DNA from: Candidatus Woykebacteria bacterium RBG_13_40_15
GTDB taxonomy: Bacteria > Patescibacteriota > Microgenomatia > Woykebacterales > RBG-16-39-9b
Assembly (NCBI GenBank): GCA_001816655.1
Contig: MHCP01000015.1
Coordinates: 6,485 to 70,484, forward strand
Reading direction: 5' to 3'
DNA length: 64,000 nt
Shown here one piece after another: positions 9,263-18,822 of this stretch (position 1 is the stretch's first letter; each line of letters begins with the position of its first letter). The notes beneath the pieces were generated by a model that saw only the letters and a list, made by a program, of their open reading frames with translations, ran no database searches and was not told where the DNA came from. Position numbers and translations under genes: made by a program.

Positions 9263-11047
9263 TCAGCGTATCAGTACATCGTAAAGAGATGTCAAAATTA
9301 CTAATCTTCCCAGCGCTCTCAGATTAAAAACTGATCTGAAGAAGCTCCCGGAAAAAGTTTTCCCGCCCGGATAATTATTACTAACAAATGTGATCGAAGA
9401 TGTGCTCCCTGCGCCATCGAATCCAATTAAGATCCCCCCATTTACTAATGTGCCGACCGGAGCTATACCAATTTGGTTTAGTTTGTTAATAATCTGCGTC
9501 CCGCTCCACCCAGCTGGCCCGAGACAGCCATCAGTCGGCGATAGGTATTGGTTGTAACTGCTGTTTGCTTGAGAGAGCAGTGCAGCATTAAAAAGGTCGC
9601 TAACTTCTGTTTTATTTAACCAGGGGAAGGTGCCGCCACAGTATTTCCCATTCCAAAAAGTGTGATACCAAGGTGAATTACCATAGGCTGGTCCCTCATA
9701 AGCACCGGAGGGACCGAAATCTCGAATTTTTTTCAAATATGGCGGGTTGTAGCTCCAACCAATTTCGGTTGGCAGCATAGTGTAACCACCAGCTGTAGAT
9801 GCATAATAAGAGGTTATTGGAACCCCTCCATAAGTAATAACTACTCCTCGTGTCGCGTCTACCGCCTGGCGCCATCTGGCCGCGGCCGGGTCGGTTACCT
9901 TACCAGCGTTATAAACTTGGCAGGCGGTACTCGTACAAATAGATCTTTGTGAAAGGTACGCCCCTTCGTTGCCAATATAACTTGCCCAACTAGTATAGGC
10001 CAAAGCGTACGTACGAGCTGCCACTGCTTGGGCTTTCAGAGCCTCCATAGACCAATATGAGGGCATTTCGGCTATACCTTTCAAATAATTATCTTCAAAG
10101 GGAATAATGCCGACACCCGCTACATTAATACGGGTTGGTGTTGTGTAACCGCCAACCGACACATTGTTGTAGTAAGCGTGAAGAATTGTCCCGTAACTTT
10201 GTCCTGCTTTAGCCCTACCATAAGCGCCATACTGGCTCATACCTACCCTGTGGGGGTAGCCATAGGTTAAAAAGACATAGGCTGGAGAAAAGCCTGGGTT
10301 TGGCAATGGTTCTGAGGGTGGCGCACTGTCTCCAACAGTCTGGTTGTTACCGGAAGCGGCAAACTTGGCGGCGAGCAATTCTTGTTGCTTGCTAGTTAAG
10401 TTTTGCAACTCGTTTTGGAGACCAGTCAATTTATTCGAAAGGCTGCTTTGCTGGTAGGTACTGTAATAGTAGTTGCTGCGCAAAGAAGCCAGTTGGCTAT
10501 TAATATCGTTGGCAAGGGCCTCCAATTCTGCTTTTGCTTTTACTATTTCCTTGCGAGTTTTTTCAACTTGTATAACTTCCTTATTCACGCTCTCGATTAT
10601 CCCCTTGCTCGTCCCTAAAACTCTCTTTTGAAAAGCCATGCCCTGTGTAAAATCAGAAAATCCCCCGGCATTAATAAATAGCTCTAGTGGGTTGTCTCCT
10701 GGGTGTTTGTAAAATTGTCTGATCTGCCTATCGCGGATTTCAACAATGCTTCTAAGCTCGTTCTTCTTGCTGTTTAAGTCGTCCTCAACTTTCGATAGCT
10801 CACTACTAATTTCAGCAACTTTTTTATTCGCTTCCTCTGCCTCTGCCGCTGTTGAGTAAATCGAGGAGGAGAGATAGGCTATGTCCTTTTTTATTTGATC
10901 TAAGCTTTGTTGGGTCTGCCAATAGAGAGAGTTTTTTTGGTCAATTTGATTCTGAATGTCAAGAAGGTCGTCCGCGCGGACACTCGAAATAGAGATGGCT
11001 AAAAGAATAATTAAAGGTAGCAGGAAGTGAGCAGTTTTTTTAAACAT
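9263..11047 (-). CDS. Secreted coiled-coil protein with SpoIID/LytB lytic transglycosylase domain
   Basis: Signal peptide, coiled coil, GYPHRVGMSQYGA, EALKAQAVAARTYA, CQVY. Confidence 0.9.
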   Translation of the reverse strand: MFKKTAHFLLPLIILLAISISSVRADDLLDIQNQIDQKNSLYWQTQQSLDQIKKDIAYLSSSIYSTAAEAEEANKKVAEISSELSKVEDDLNSKKNELRSIVEIRDRQIRQFYKHPGDNPLELFINAGGFSDFTQGMAFQKRVLGTSKGIIESVNKEVIQVEKTRKEIVKAKAELEALANDINSQLASLRSNYYYSTYQQSSLSNKLTGLQNELQNLTSKQQELLAAKFAASGNNQTVGDSAPPSEPLPNPGFSPAYVFLTYGYPHRVGMSQYGAYGRAKAGQSYGTILHAYYNNVSVGGYTTPTRINVAGVGIIPFEDNYLKGIAEMPSYWSMEALKAQAVAARTYALAYTSWASYIGNEGAYLSQRSICTSTACQVYNAGKVTDPAAARWRQAVDATRGVVITYGGVPITSYYASTAGGYTMLPTEIGWSYNPPYLKKIRDFGPSGAYEGPAYGNSPWYHTFWNGKYCGGTFPWLNKTEVSDLFNAALLSQANSSYNQYLSPTDGCLGPAGWSGTQIINKLNQIGIAPVGTLVNGGILIGFDGAGSTSSITFVSNNYPGGKTFSGSFFRSVFNLRALGRLVILTSLYDVLIR

Positions 11048-11165
11048 AGAAACTAAAAAGCTAGTTATTTTACTATAGCCTATTTAGCCTTGAAAGGCAA
11101 GGGTGGCAACGGCTCTGATTTGGTTGACAAACCTAGCCCTCAAGCTTTAAGCTATAATTAAGGAC

Positions 11166-12866
11166 TTGCCAAAAGTGAAAAAAAGATTAATTTTATTTTC
11201 CCTAAGTTTATTTTCCTTAATTTTTCTTATTTCTCCTTCTAATAAGAACGCTTTAGTAACCAAAACTTATGGTGACGACCCAGCAAAACTCTGCTCTCTT
11301 AAATTAACGGGAGATGGGGAGATAGATGGGGTTCCTTATGTTTTACCAGGTGGCACGCTGAGAATACAGCTAACGGGAGCTAAACCAAAGTTAAATGGGT
11401 TTAAGAACCCGGGTGATGTTATGGAATTTAGAAGGGAAGGCGACCCCTACAACGCCAAGAGTAAGATCAGACTACCTATATCTACGGATGGCGATGGAGA
11501 CGGGAATGGTGAATGGGAAGGGAATCCGGAAAGGTATTTTGGCACTTACACTACCAACTACGATAAATATTCTATCTTTCCTGATTGCCCAAACGGCGTC
11601 TCCCCAAACGACAAAACTTTTTATATGTTTAGAGAGCACGAATATAACGGTAAGAAAAGTGGTTTGGCTTGGCTTATCACTCCCCACGACCCACCAAAAA
11701 ACGACGACACACGAATTTCAATATTTATAGCTGGGGTTGAAAAACTGTATGCAATGGTCCCAAATAAATGCCCGGATGGTTCAAAATGTGATCTTACTAG
11801 GTGGCATGAATTCTTAGAAAAACATGAGAATTTTAAAGCCTTTATGGTCAAGGTCTACGGGGACGGGGAAAATGGAAGCCAGGAGCCTGGCTTTACAGGT
11901 AGTTTCATCTCACAGTCGGGCGGTTCGCTGTATGCCTTGGACGATGGGGATGGGGATATCTGCGATAGTAATCCCCACCAAGCATATAAGGCGGATCTTG
12001 ATGCTTGGGATCTTATCAACAAAAAAAAGACTGAAGAGGAGAAAAAAGAACAAGAACAACTGTTAAATAAACTTTATAAATGTGCAGATGCCGATCATTG
12101 GGGTAAGAATGATTTTCTAAGGCCGCGTTTACCTAACGAGATGTTGGAGAAATTACAAGAAGAGAGCCCAGACGCCAATATTGGTCCTAAACTGTTGGAA
12201 ATCAAAGGTATTTGCGAAAATATGCAGGGGATCAGAAGCAGTTGCGATGATGCCTTTAACGAAAATGTAGCGTATAAATTCGCAATATACGGTGTCTTGG
12301 TTCCGCCGATTAAAGGTACTGAAAAGATTGCAGATGATGGTAAGGGAGACATAGCTGACATGCCTTCTGATGGGAGAGATCTGAGTTCTAAAGATTATGA
12401 TGCTTGTGATGATAGTACTGATGGGTTACCAACCTACGCAGTGGGAGAAGACGAAGAAACTATAGCAAGATTGGTCGATGTAGATACTTGTGATGTTTAC
12501 GGCCCGTTGAAAGCAGAAAATAGTGTAAAGGCGATTTTTACATTCACTCCAGTAAAAGCCGATAGCGCGATGGGTTATTTTGAGGGTGAAGGTTATATTA
12601 ATACTCCATTTGGAAAAATACCTGTTAGCGCGGCCGGGATAGCCCAGGCGATTCTCAGTTTAGCTTTGGGTGCAGGTGGTGGCATTGCTTTTCTGCTCAT
12701 GGTCTTTGGCTCTTACAGACTAATTTTTTCCGCCGGCAACCCAATGGCAGTCCAGCAAGGAAGAGAGGTAATTACAGCCGCAGTCGTCGGGTTGCTTGTA
12801 ATCCTCTTCTCTGTTTTTATTCTTAGATTATTTGGGATTGGGGTCTTGGGTTTACCAATTGGTTAA
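11166..12866 (+). CDS. Large Cys/Asp-rich exported protein with C-terminal VirB2/TrbC-like pilin domain
   Basis: Signal peptide; C-terminal GSYRLIFSAGNP...GREVITAAVVGL. Confidence 0.75.
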   Translation: MPKVKKRLILFSLSLFSLIFLISPSNKNALVTKTYGDDPAKLCSLKLTGDGEIDGVPYVLPGGTLRIQLTGAKPKLNGFKNPGDVMEFRREGDPYNAKSKIRLPISTDGDGDGNGEWEGNPERYFGTYTTNYDKYSIFPDCPNGVSPNDKTFYMFREHEYNGKKSGLAWLITPHDPPKNDDTRISIFIAGVEKLYAMVPNKCPDGSKCDLTRWHEFLEKHENFKAFMVKVYGDGENGSQEPGFTGSFISQSGGSLYALDDGDGDICDSNPHQAYKADLDAWDLINKKKTEEEKKEQEQLLNKLYKCADADHWGKNDFLRPRLPNEMLEKLQEESPDANIGPKLLEIKGICENMQGIRSSCDDAFNENVAYKFAIYGVLVPPIKGTEKIADDGKGDIADMPSDGRDLSSKDYDACDDSTDGLPTYAVGEDEETIARLVDVDTCDVYGPLKAENSVKAIFTFTPVKADSAMGYFEGEGYINTPFGKIPVSAAGIAQAILSLALGAGGGIAFLLMVFGSYRLIFSAGNPMAVQQGREVITAAVVGLLVILFSVFILRLFGIGVLGLPIG

Positions 12867-12869
12867 TTT

Positions 12870-13523
12870 ATGGCTATTTTTTGCGACGCACCAGAGGCAA
12901 CAGGAAGCGCTGGAAGTGGCTGTATAGTCGATCCCCTGAGGGGTCGGTTTGGTAGTTTGGGGGAACTTCTAACTGCCCTTCTTCCCTTTATCTACGCGCT
13001 GGCCGCAATGGTCGCCTTACTTTTTCTGGTGTGGGGAGGAATTCGCTATTTAACTTCCAGGGGGGATGAAAAACAATTAACTGCCGCGCGCGGCACAATA
13101 ACAAGCGCTATAATTGGCCTTTTGATTATTCTTTTGGTTGGTGTTATTGCGGGAATTATCGCTACTATTTTCAAAATCGATCTTTTTGGCAGTCTCGTGC
13201 CAGCTGCCTATGCAGCCGACACAGTGGATATTGGCTGCGCGGTGAAAATGGCCGGCGGTGTTTGTATCAAAGATGCTTTCCCGAATGTTGGCTCTCTTTT
13301 TACAACTGTAGTTAAAGCGGCCTTATTTACGGCGGCTTTTATTTTTCTCGCTATGACTATCTGGGGCGGCTTTCGCTTTATAAACGCCGGCGGAAACAAA
13401 GACGAAGTTGATGCCGCCAGGGGAGTATTAAGTACCGCTGTTATTGGAGTCTTGATTGTTGCACTCTCTTTAGCAATAATCGAAGTAATTACTAATTTTG
13501 CAGGAGTAGCAAGTATTTTCTAA
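12870..13523 (+). CDS. Tandem double VirB2/TrbC-like pilin
   Basis: Two copies of WGGxRY/F..xGD/N....AR..I/L..AxIG. Confidence 0.8.
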   Translation: MAIFCDAPEATGSAGSGCIVDPLRGRFGSLGELLTALLPFIYALAAMVALLFLVWGGIRYLTSRGDEKQLTAARGTITSAIIGLLIILLVGVIAGIIATIFKIDLFGSLVPAAYAADTVDIGCAVKMAGGVCIKDAFPNVGSLFTTVVKAALFTAAFIFLAMTIWGGFRFINAGGNKDEVDAARGVLSTAVIGVLIVALSLAIIEVITNFAGVASIF

Positions 13524-13524
13524 G

Positions 13525-13872
13525 ATGGATATTTTTAAACCCGCGCTGGCAGCATCTTCTAGCGCAGACGCATCGGGGTGGCTTGGTAAAATTGGCATAA
13601 AACTGCCTGATCTTGGGGGCTTGGTAGCCAGCGCGCTAAAAATCGCTTTTTTCCTTGCGGCTCTTTTTTTCCTCATCCAATTTATTATCGGTGGCTTTTC
13701 CTGGATAGCTGCTGGTGGGGATCAAAAAGCCCTCGATCAGGCCCGTTCGCGCTTGACTAATGCGGTTATTGGTTTATTAATTGTCGTCGCTGCCTTTGGG
13801 GTCATTTATATTATCTTAAGCGCTTTACATATAAATATCTTTTCCGGTGAAACTATAATTATCGGAAAATAA
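13525..13872 (+). CDS. VirB2/TrbC-like pilin
   Basis: GGFSWIAAGGDQKALDQARSRLTNAVIGL. Confidence 0.82.
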   Translation: MDIFKPALAASSSADASGWLGKIGIKLPDLGGLVASALKIAFFLAALFFLIQFIIGGFSWIAAGGDQKALDQARSRLTNAVIGLLIVVAAFGVIYIILSALHINIFSGETIIIGK

Positions 13873-13930
13873 AGCACCCGGTTGCATAAAAGGCTTTCTA
13901 TGCTTTATAATTTTAAAAGGAGGTGAAATT

Positions 13931-14332
13931 TTGGTTCCTATGAAAAAATTACTCGGATCAGCAGGTCTTTCTGCCGCCCTCTTAGCTATTGCGGCTTCGC
14001 CGGCGTTGGCGCAAACAGAGTTTAAATTTACAGCCCCTGCAAACATACCAAGTTTAGGGGAGATGCTATCCAATATACTGGTGTTGCTATTTTTCTTCGC
14101 CGCTCTCTTGGCTTTTGTCTTCATTGTTATCGGCGGTATCCAGTGGATAACTGCCGGTGGAGATAAGCAAGCCGCAGCCTCGGCAAGAGACCGAATCACA
14201 GCTGCAGTAATTGGTCTTGTTATCGTTGTAGCCGCTTTTGCGATTACAGTACTTATCACATCTGCTCTGCATATTAATATCTTTGCACCGGAGGGAATTA
14301 AACTTCCTGGCGGAGACAGTGTATTCAAGTAG
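13931..14332 (+). CDS. VirB2/TrbC-like pilin, candidate major subunit
   Basis: Signal peptide ending ALA, GGIQWITAGGDK motif, strong SD AAGGAGGTGA. Confidence 0.85.
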   Translation: MVPMKKLLGSAGLSAALLAIAASPALAQTEFKFTAPANIPSLGEMLSNILVLLFFFAALLAFVFIVIGGIQWITAGGDKQAAASARDRITAAVIGLVIVVAAFAITVLITSALHINIFAPEGIKLPGGDSVFK

Positions 14333-14349
14333 GCTATCACGAAATAAAA

Positions 14350-14742
14350 GTGTTAAGCCAATTTAAAAAATTACTCTTTAAATTTCCTATTCTGTTATTT
14401 CTTTATTGCTTTATTTTAAAGCTAGGGGTAGCTTATGCTGGAAATGAGGACCTTGACCTCAACCCTTCCCCAGTAACCGACCTCGTAAAAATTTTCGAAA
14501 ACGCACTTTCTGCGGTAATAATACTTGGGGGCCTTGCTTCTTTTGTAATGATTATTGTTTCGGGCTTTAAATTTATCGCCGCTCAAGGAGATCCAAAGGC
14601 TCTTATGTCTGCTCGCTCGTCTCTACTTTGGGCAATTGCTGGGGTCGCTTTTATTATAATCGCGTGGCTTGTTCTTCAGTTTATAGCTAACTTCACAGGG
14701 GTAAATGTAACAATCTTCCGGTTAAATTTCAATCTTGAGTAG
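14350..14742 (+). CDS. VirB2/TrbC-like pilin
   Basis: SGFKFIAAQGDPKALMSARSSLLWAIAG. Confidence 0.82.
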   Translation: MLSQFKKLLFKFPILLFLYCFILKLGVAYAGNEDLDLNPSPVTDLVKIFENALSAVIILGGLASFVMIIVSGFKFIAAQGDPKALMSARSSLLWAIAGVAFIIIAWLVLQFIANFTGVNVTIFRLNFNLE

Positions 14743-14821
14743 TTATTAACTAACCTTCCTATTGATTTTTCCAAGGAATCTTTAATTTTTTGCTCCTAAT
14801 ATACCCGATCAATTAAACATT

Positions 14822-15508
14822 CTACGGCTCTTCTACGGCTTTTCCCACAGGCAGGTAGACTATGTGTATTTGTTTTTCCGGGTCTGTCAAACCGTACGAC
14901 CGGAGCCAATTCAGGGCCGCGTCTCTGTAAACGTCCATTGGTTTGTTGTCTATAGTTATAAAAAATTTGTCTGTTGATGGCCAATAAGTAATTTTAAAAT
15001 GATTTCCTGTGTATGGCAACTTTTCTTTTATCTTTTGAACCACTCCCGTTGGGGTCTTACTGCTACCAGTCGTAAAATACCACTCATAAATAAGCTTGTT
15101 GTCGAGCTTTACACTAATCGTATATTTTGTTCCTTGAAGAAGAGTTTCTTCCGGTGTAACGACTGCAACAGTCGTTCCAGGAGAAAGTTCCGACCGAAAT
15201 TTAAAGTCTGGCTTTGTTCCAACTTTCACATCCATATCCTTGACTGGTCGATCAAAAAAGATGTTTATTGTTGGTGCTGTTGAAACACCTTCCTGTTTTG
15301 GCAAAGGCTCCACTCTCGACACTAGCAAAGACGCTTTAGCTGCCTTCAGATCCCCTACATCAAGTGCATTGGTTTTTTCGGTTTCTTTTTTGGGGGGTGT
15401 AAGAGTTGTAATGAGTAGGAAAGCTATCGCTGCTATCGAAAAGACAAAAAGCCAAAATTTTTTATCTTTTAATAACTCATTTAGTTTTTCCAGTTTCATG
15501 GGTGGCAA
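14822..15508 (-). CDS. Membrane-anchored Ig-like (Big_5-type) domain protein
   Basis: N-terminal TM helix; INIFFDRPV...PEETLLQGTKYTISV...WYFTTG pattern. Confidence 0.7.
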   Translation of the reverse strand: MPPMKLEKLNELLKDKKFWLFVFSIAAIAFLLITTLTPPKKETEKTNALDVGDLKAAKASLLVSRVEPLPKQEGVSTAPTINIFFDRPVKDMDVKVGTKPDFKFRSELSPGTTVAVVTPEETLLQGTKYTISVKLDNKLIYEWYFTTGSSKTPTGVVQKIKEKLPYTGNHFKITYWPSTDKFFITIDNKPMDVYRDAALNWLRSYGLTDPEKQIHIVYLPVGKAVEEP

Positions 15509-16977
15509 TTTACTCCTTTATAACTTGTTGAAACCTCATCTCCTACGTTAAAACTGGGGTTTGGCAATAAATTTCTAAATTCTTGCTCGGGCAGCACTTC
15601 GTTCTCCTCATCCCTTATCATATAATGAAGGTGGTTTACGCCGTGTGTATCTCCAGTTGCTCCCATCAATCCTAGAAATTCTCCCTCTGGGACAAAAGTA
15701 TAGTTCTCTGCCGATTGAATGCAGGAGGAATAGGATTTAAGATGCACATAGTAAGTAATGTAGCTGCTTCCTGTTATTGCTACATAAATTCCGCCATATT
15801 CATCAGTATCCTTTAATAGAAGCCCCCCATTAGTTGAAAATATTGGGGTACCTTCATCGTTGTTTATATCTACTGCCGAAGCCTGATCACCGTAATGAGT
15901 ACCTGATGGATTATACGGCCCTTGAGTAATTTGCCCACTAGTTGGCCAATTACCTCCTATACCACCAGGTGTGCCTGTGCCTGTATCTGATACCGCTAAA
16001 TAAACCTCCCAGATTTTGTCGCAATAAGTCATGCTCCCAAACCTCTCTATTGGCTTGTCACAATCTCCATAATAAGCTGTCCCTGCCTTTTCTATCTCAT
16101 CCTCCTTTTCCCAGGCATCGTCGCTATCATTATAATCGTATTTTGTAAATTGGGCCCGATCGCACTCGTCAGAAGGCGCTCCACTATCACATTTTAACTT
16201 CCAAGCCGCGCCATAAATCGCGTTGCGGATATTACGGACATCTGGGTTGGGCGAATAAGTAGTTACCCCTGCTTCAACTACAGCTGTCTTATATGTGCAC
16301 CACGCGCAAGGAGGGTCAGTAACATCTCCACAATCTAGATCGCTTGGTCGAAAACCATAGTCCTCCATATAGTCTACTGACATTTGCATTGGCCCAATGG
16401 CCGAACATCCATTAGGCTCTCTATTTTCAGGATCTATCCCTTCACCGTTTATACCATTTGGGCTACCGGTATAGACGTCTTTGCTATAATCATCGATCTC
16501 TTCATCCGAATAGCCAAAGATGTGGGGACCTTCAATCACAGCGATCCCAACAAGAACCCCCGCCGGCACTTTAGCCCAAGCACCAGCTGCTTCGAAAAGA
16601 CTTTTTAGTTTTGCTGAGCAGGTATCTTCTTCCCCTTCCTCTGGTGGTTCTTCTCCCAACGCCAGTTTACAGTACCCCGGAACTAAATTGTTGCCGCCGG
16701 TTATTGGTACGGCTGCTTCTGCGCTTCCCACGGCTCCCCCAGCCCCACCTCCAAACAAAACAACCACAATAATCACCGCCATTATTACTACTGAAGCGAT
16801 TAACACTAAACCCCCTAGAAAACTTCCTATCCCCGCCCCAGCTATTGCGATGGCGGCTCTAGTTCCAACTTGTTTTATTAACTGCTCCTGAGCAGCACTA
16901 CCCCGGGCCTGCTGAGCTATGTTAGTAAGATCACTTAGGGATGGGCCTTGTTTTTGTTCTTCTTCTTCTTGTGGCAT
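15496..16977 (-). CDS. Membrane-anchored wall hydrolase: lysozyme-like domain plus M23 peptidase
   Basis: IAVIEG...AIGPMQ lysozyme-like motifs; H..AVDI, YYVHL and HLHY M23 motifs. Confidence 0.8.
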   Translation of the reverse strand: MPQEEEEQKQGPSLSDLTNIAQQARGSAAQEQLIKQVGTRAAIAIAGAGIGSFLGGLVLIASVVIMAVIIVVVLFGGGAGGAVGSAEAAVPITGGNNLVPGYCKLALGEEPPEEGEEDTCSAKLKSLFEAAGAWAKVPAGVLVGIAVIEGPHIFGYSDEEIDDYSKDVYTGSPNGINGEGIDPENREPNGCSAIGPMQMSVDYMEDYGFRPSDLDCGDVTDPPCAWCTYKTAVVEAGVTTYSPNPDVRNIRNAIYGAAWKLKCDSGAPSDECDRAQFTKYDYNDSDDAWEKEDEIEKAGTAYYGDCDKPIERFGSMTYCDKIWEVYLAVSDTGTGTPGGIGGNWPTSGQITQGPYNPSGTHYGDQASAVDINNDEGTPIFSTNGGLLLKDTDEYGGIYVAITGSSYITYYVHLKSYSSCIQSAENYTFVPEGEFLGLMGATGDTHGVNHLHYMIRDEENEVLPEQEFRNLLPNPSFNVGDEVSTSYKGVNCHP

Positions 16978-17080
16978 TGATAGGTCCTTTACTTCTATTG
17001 TAATTTTTTAAACTCTAACACGCAACCACCACCCTTTCTTGACTTAGTAACTTTAAATGAATTAAAATTTATCTAGAACT

Positions 17081-18763
17081 ATGTTCCTGCCCAAAAAATT
17101 TGTACTTACATTGGTAGCCGCGATTTCTGCCTTTTTTTTGTTTGGCGCGCCTGTTTTTGCGCTTGAGCAATCAATCACTTCTACAACCCCTAGTGCAACT
17201 ACCTCTGTAGGAGGCGGGCAAGTTATGGGTTGGCAGAGTGCTGTTGGTGATTTTTTTGGAGATGTCGCGGGGGGTATGATGAGTACCGCGACGAAACTCA
17301 TGGGTCAAGCTCTAGATACGGCATTAGACCACTTTTTAATTAAGGGTGCAACTGGGTGCTTATCCTCCGACAAGGGTTGCCAGCAGGAACAAGTTCAGGA
17401 GGTTATGAATGGAACGCCGATTGAAAAAATGAGCAATCCGGGTTTTCTTCATGTTTTAGCTTCCGGTGGGGACCAGCTTATGACTATGCCAATACCAATA
17501 GATACCGGTACCTATTTCGCCTCGATTAACCCTTTTAAACAGGCGCAGGCTGCTGACACTGGTTTTGATGAACTTCAAAGATCGACCGGATTATTGCGCC
17601 TTTGGGTAGTCTTGAGAAACTCTGCCTATGCCCTGTCTGTACTTGTCCTTGTAGTCATTGGCTTTATGATCATGCTTCGGGTGCCGCTTGATCCACGCAC
17701 AGTGGTTACGGCGCAGAGTGCAATCCCAAGGATAATTATTGCCCTTATTTTAATTACGTTTAGTTTTGCGATCGCCGGCCTGTTTCTTGACTTTGGCAGG
17801 CTAGCGGTCCAATCGGTTCATTGGGTATATGGCCAAGTTGGTATTAGTTGGGGCGGAGCCTTGTTGAAGCTTATCGGGGTAATTGTTTTTGGTAGCGCAT
17901 CAATTGGAGCTATCATGGGGTTTGGCCTGCCGGGATTTATTCTTGGAGCGGTAATCGGCGTCATAATCGTTGGGGCGGTCCTTCTGTATCTTTATTTCAA
18001 AATGATTTCTCGGTTTGCCCAATTCGTCGTTCTCTCTATATTCGCGCCAATGGTTTTCTTATATGCCGCTGTTCCCGGACAAACAAGCGCTGCTACAAAT
18101 TGGTTCAAGCGTCAGCTCTCCAATATTCTCGCCACACCGGCCATACTTTTCATGGTCGCCCTAGCTCTTGTTGTAATTAATACCGGTATCCCTAACCCCC
18201 TGTATCGTGGTAACCCTTTTAATCTAGCCGATAGCTTTACTCCATTTTTAGTCGCGTTTGGTATCTTGTTTGCCGCGACACGTGCTCCGGAAATAGTCGA
18301 TGATTTACTTGGTCTAAAGAAAGCGCCCGGAGCTAACGCAGGGTTGACTGGCGCTACACTTATGGGTGGTCTAACCACAGCAACTAGAAATAAAGAACTC
18401 ATAAAGGGTGTTGGATCGCGACTTGCCGGCGGACCGCTTGGAAAGGCGGCTGGTGCCGCCGCTGCACCCCTTCGGGCTGGCGCAAATAAGCTCACAGGTG
18501 GTTACTTCGACCGAAGAGCAGAAAGGGCTAGAGATGACAGAGCTCTTAAGCTGGCAAAGGCGAGTTATGATGAGCAACAAAGAAGAGATCGAGGAACGGA
18601 ACTTTTAAAACAACAGGGTTATATTAAAGGAGAAAAGGGAGAGCAGGGAGAACAAGGAGAGCAGGGAGAACAAGGAGTCTCACTTATCAATCCTGGGCCT
18701 CAATACCCTGCAAAGCCAGCGGGAGGTGGGACAAGCCAGGAGGATCAAAATCAAAATACATAG
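17081..18763 (+). CDS. VirB6/TrbL-like polytopic membrane protein
   Basis: Multiple TM helices, IPRIIIALILITFSFAIAGLFLD, Gly/Ala-rich tail, T4SS context. Confidence 0.65.
   Translation: MFLPKKFVLTLVAAISAFFLFGAPVFALEQSITSTTPSATTSVGGGQVMGWQSAVGDFFGDVAGGMMSTATKLMGQALDTALDHFLIKGATGCLSSDKGCQQEQVQEVMNGTPIEKMSNPGFLHVLASGGDQLMTMPIPIDTGTYFASINPFKQAQAADTGFDELQRSTGLLRLWVVLRNSAYALSVLVLVVIGFMIMLRVPLDPRTVVTAQSAIPRIIIALILITFSFAIAGLFLDFGRLAVQSVHWVYGQVGISWGGALLKLIGVIVFGSASIGAIMGFGLPGFILGAVIGVIIVGAVLLYLYFKMISRFAQFVVLSIFAPMVFLYAAVPGQTSAATNWFKRQLSNILATPAILFMVALALVVINTGIPNPLYRGNPFNLADSFTPFLVAFGILFAATRAPEIVDDLLGLKKAPGANAGLTGATLMGGLTTATRNKELIKGVGSRLAGGPLGKAAGAAAAPLRAGANKLTGGYFDRRAERARDDRALKLAKASYDEQQRRDRGTELLKQQGYIKGEKGEQGEQGEQGEQGVSLINPGPQYPAKPAGGGTSQEDQNQNT
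18629..18676 (+). repeat. Tandem repeat encoding (GEK/GEQ)n
   Basis: GGAGAGCAGGGAGAACAA twice within GEKGEQGEQGEQGEQG. Confidence 0.85.
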
Positions 18764-18822
18764 CAAAATGGGGTCACTTCTCGCATTACTGCTTAAAGCA
18801 ACCCCATGTGTGATCACCTCCT

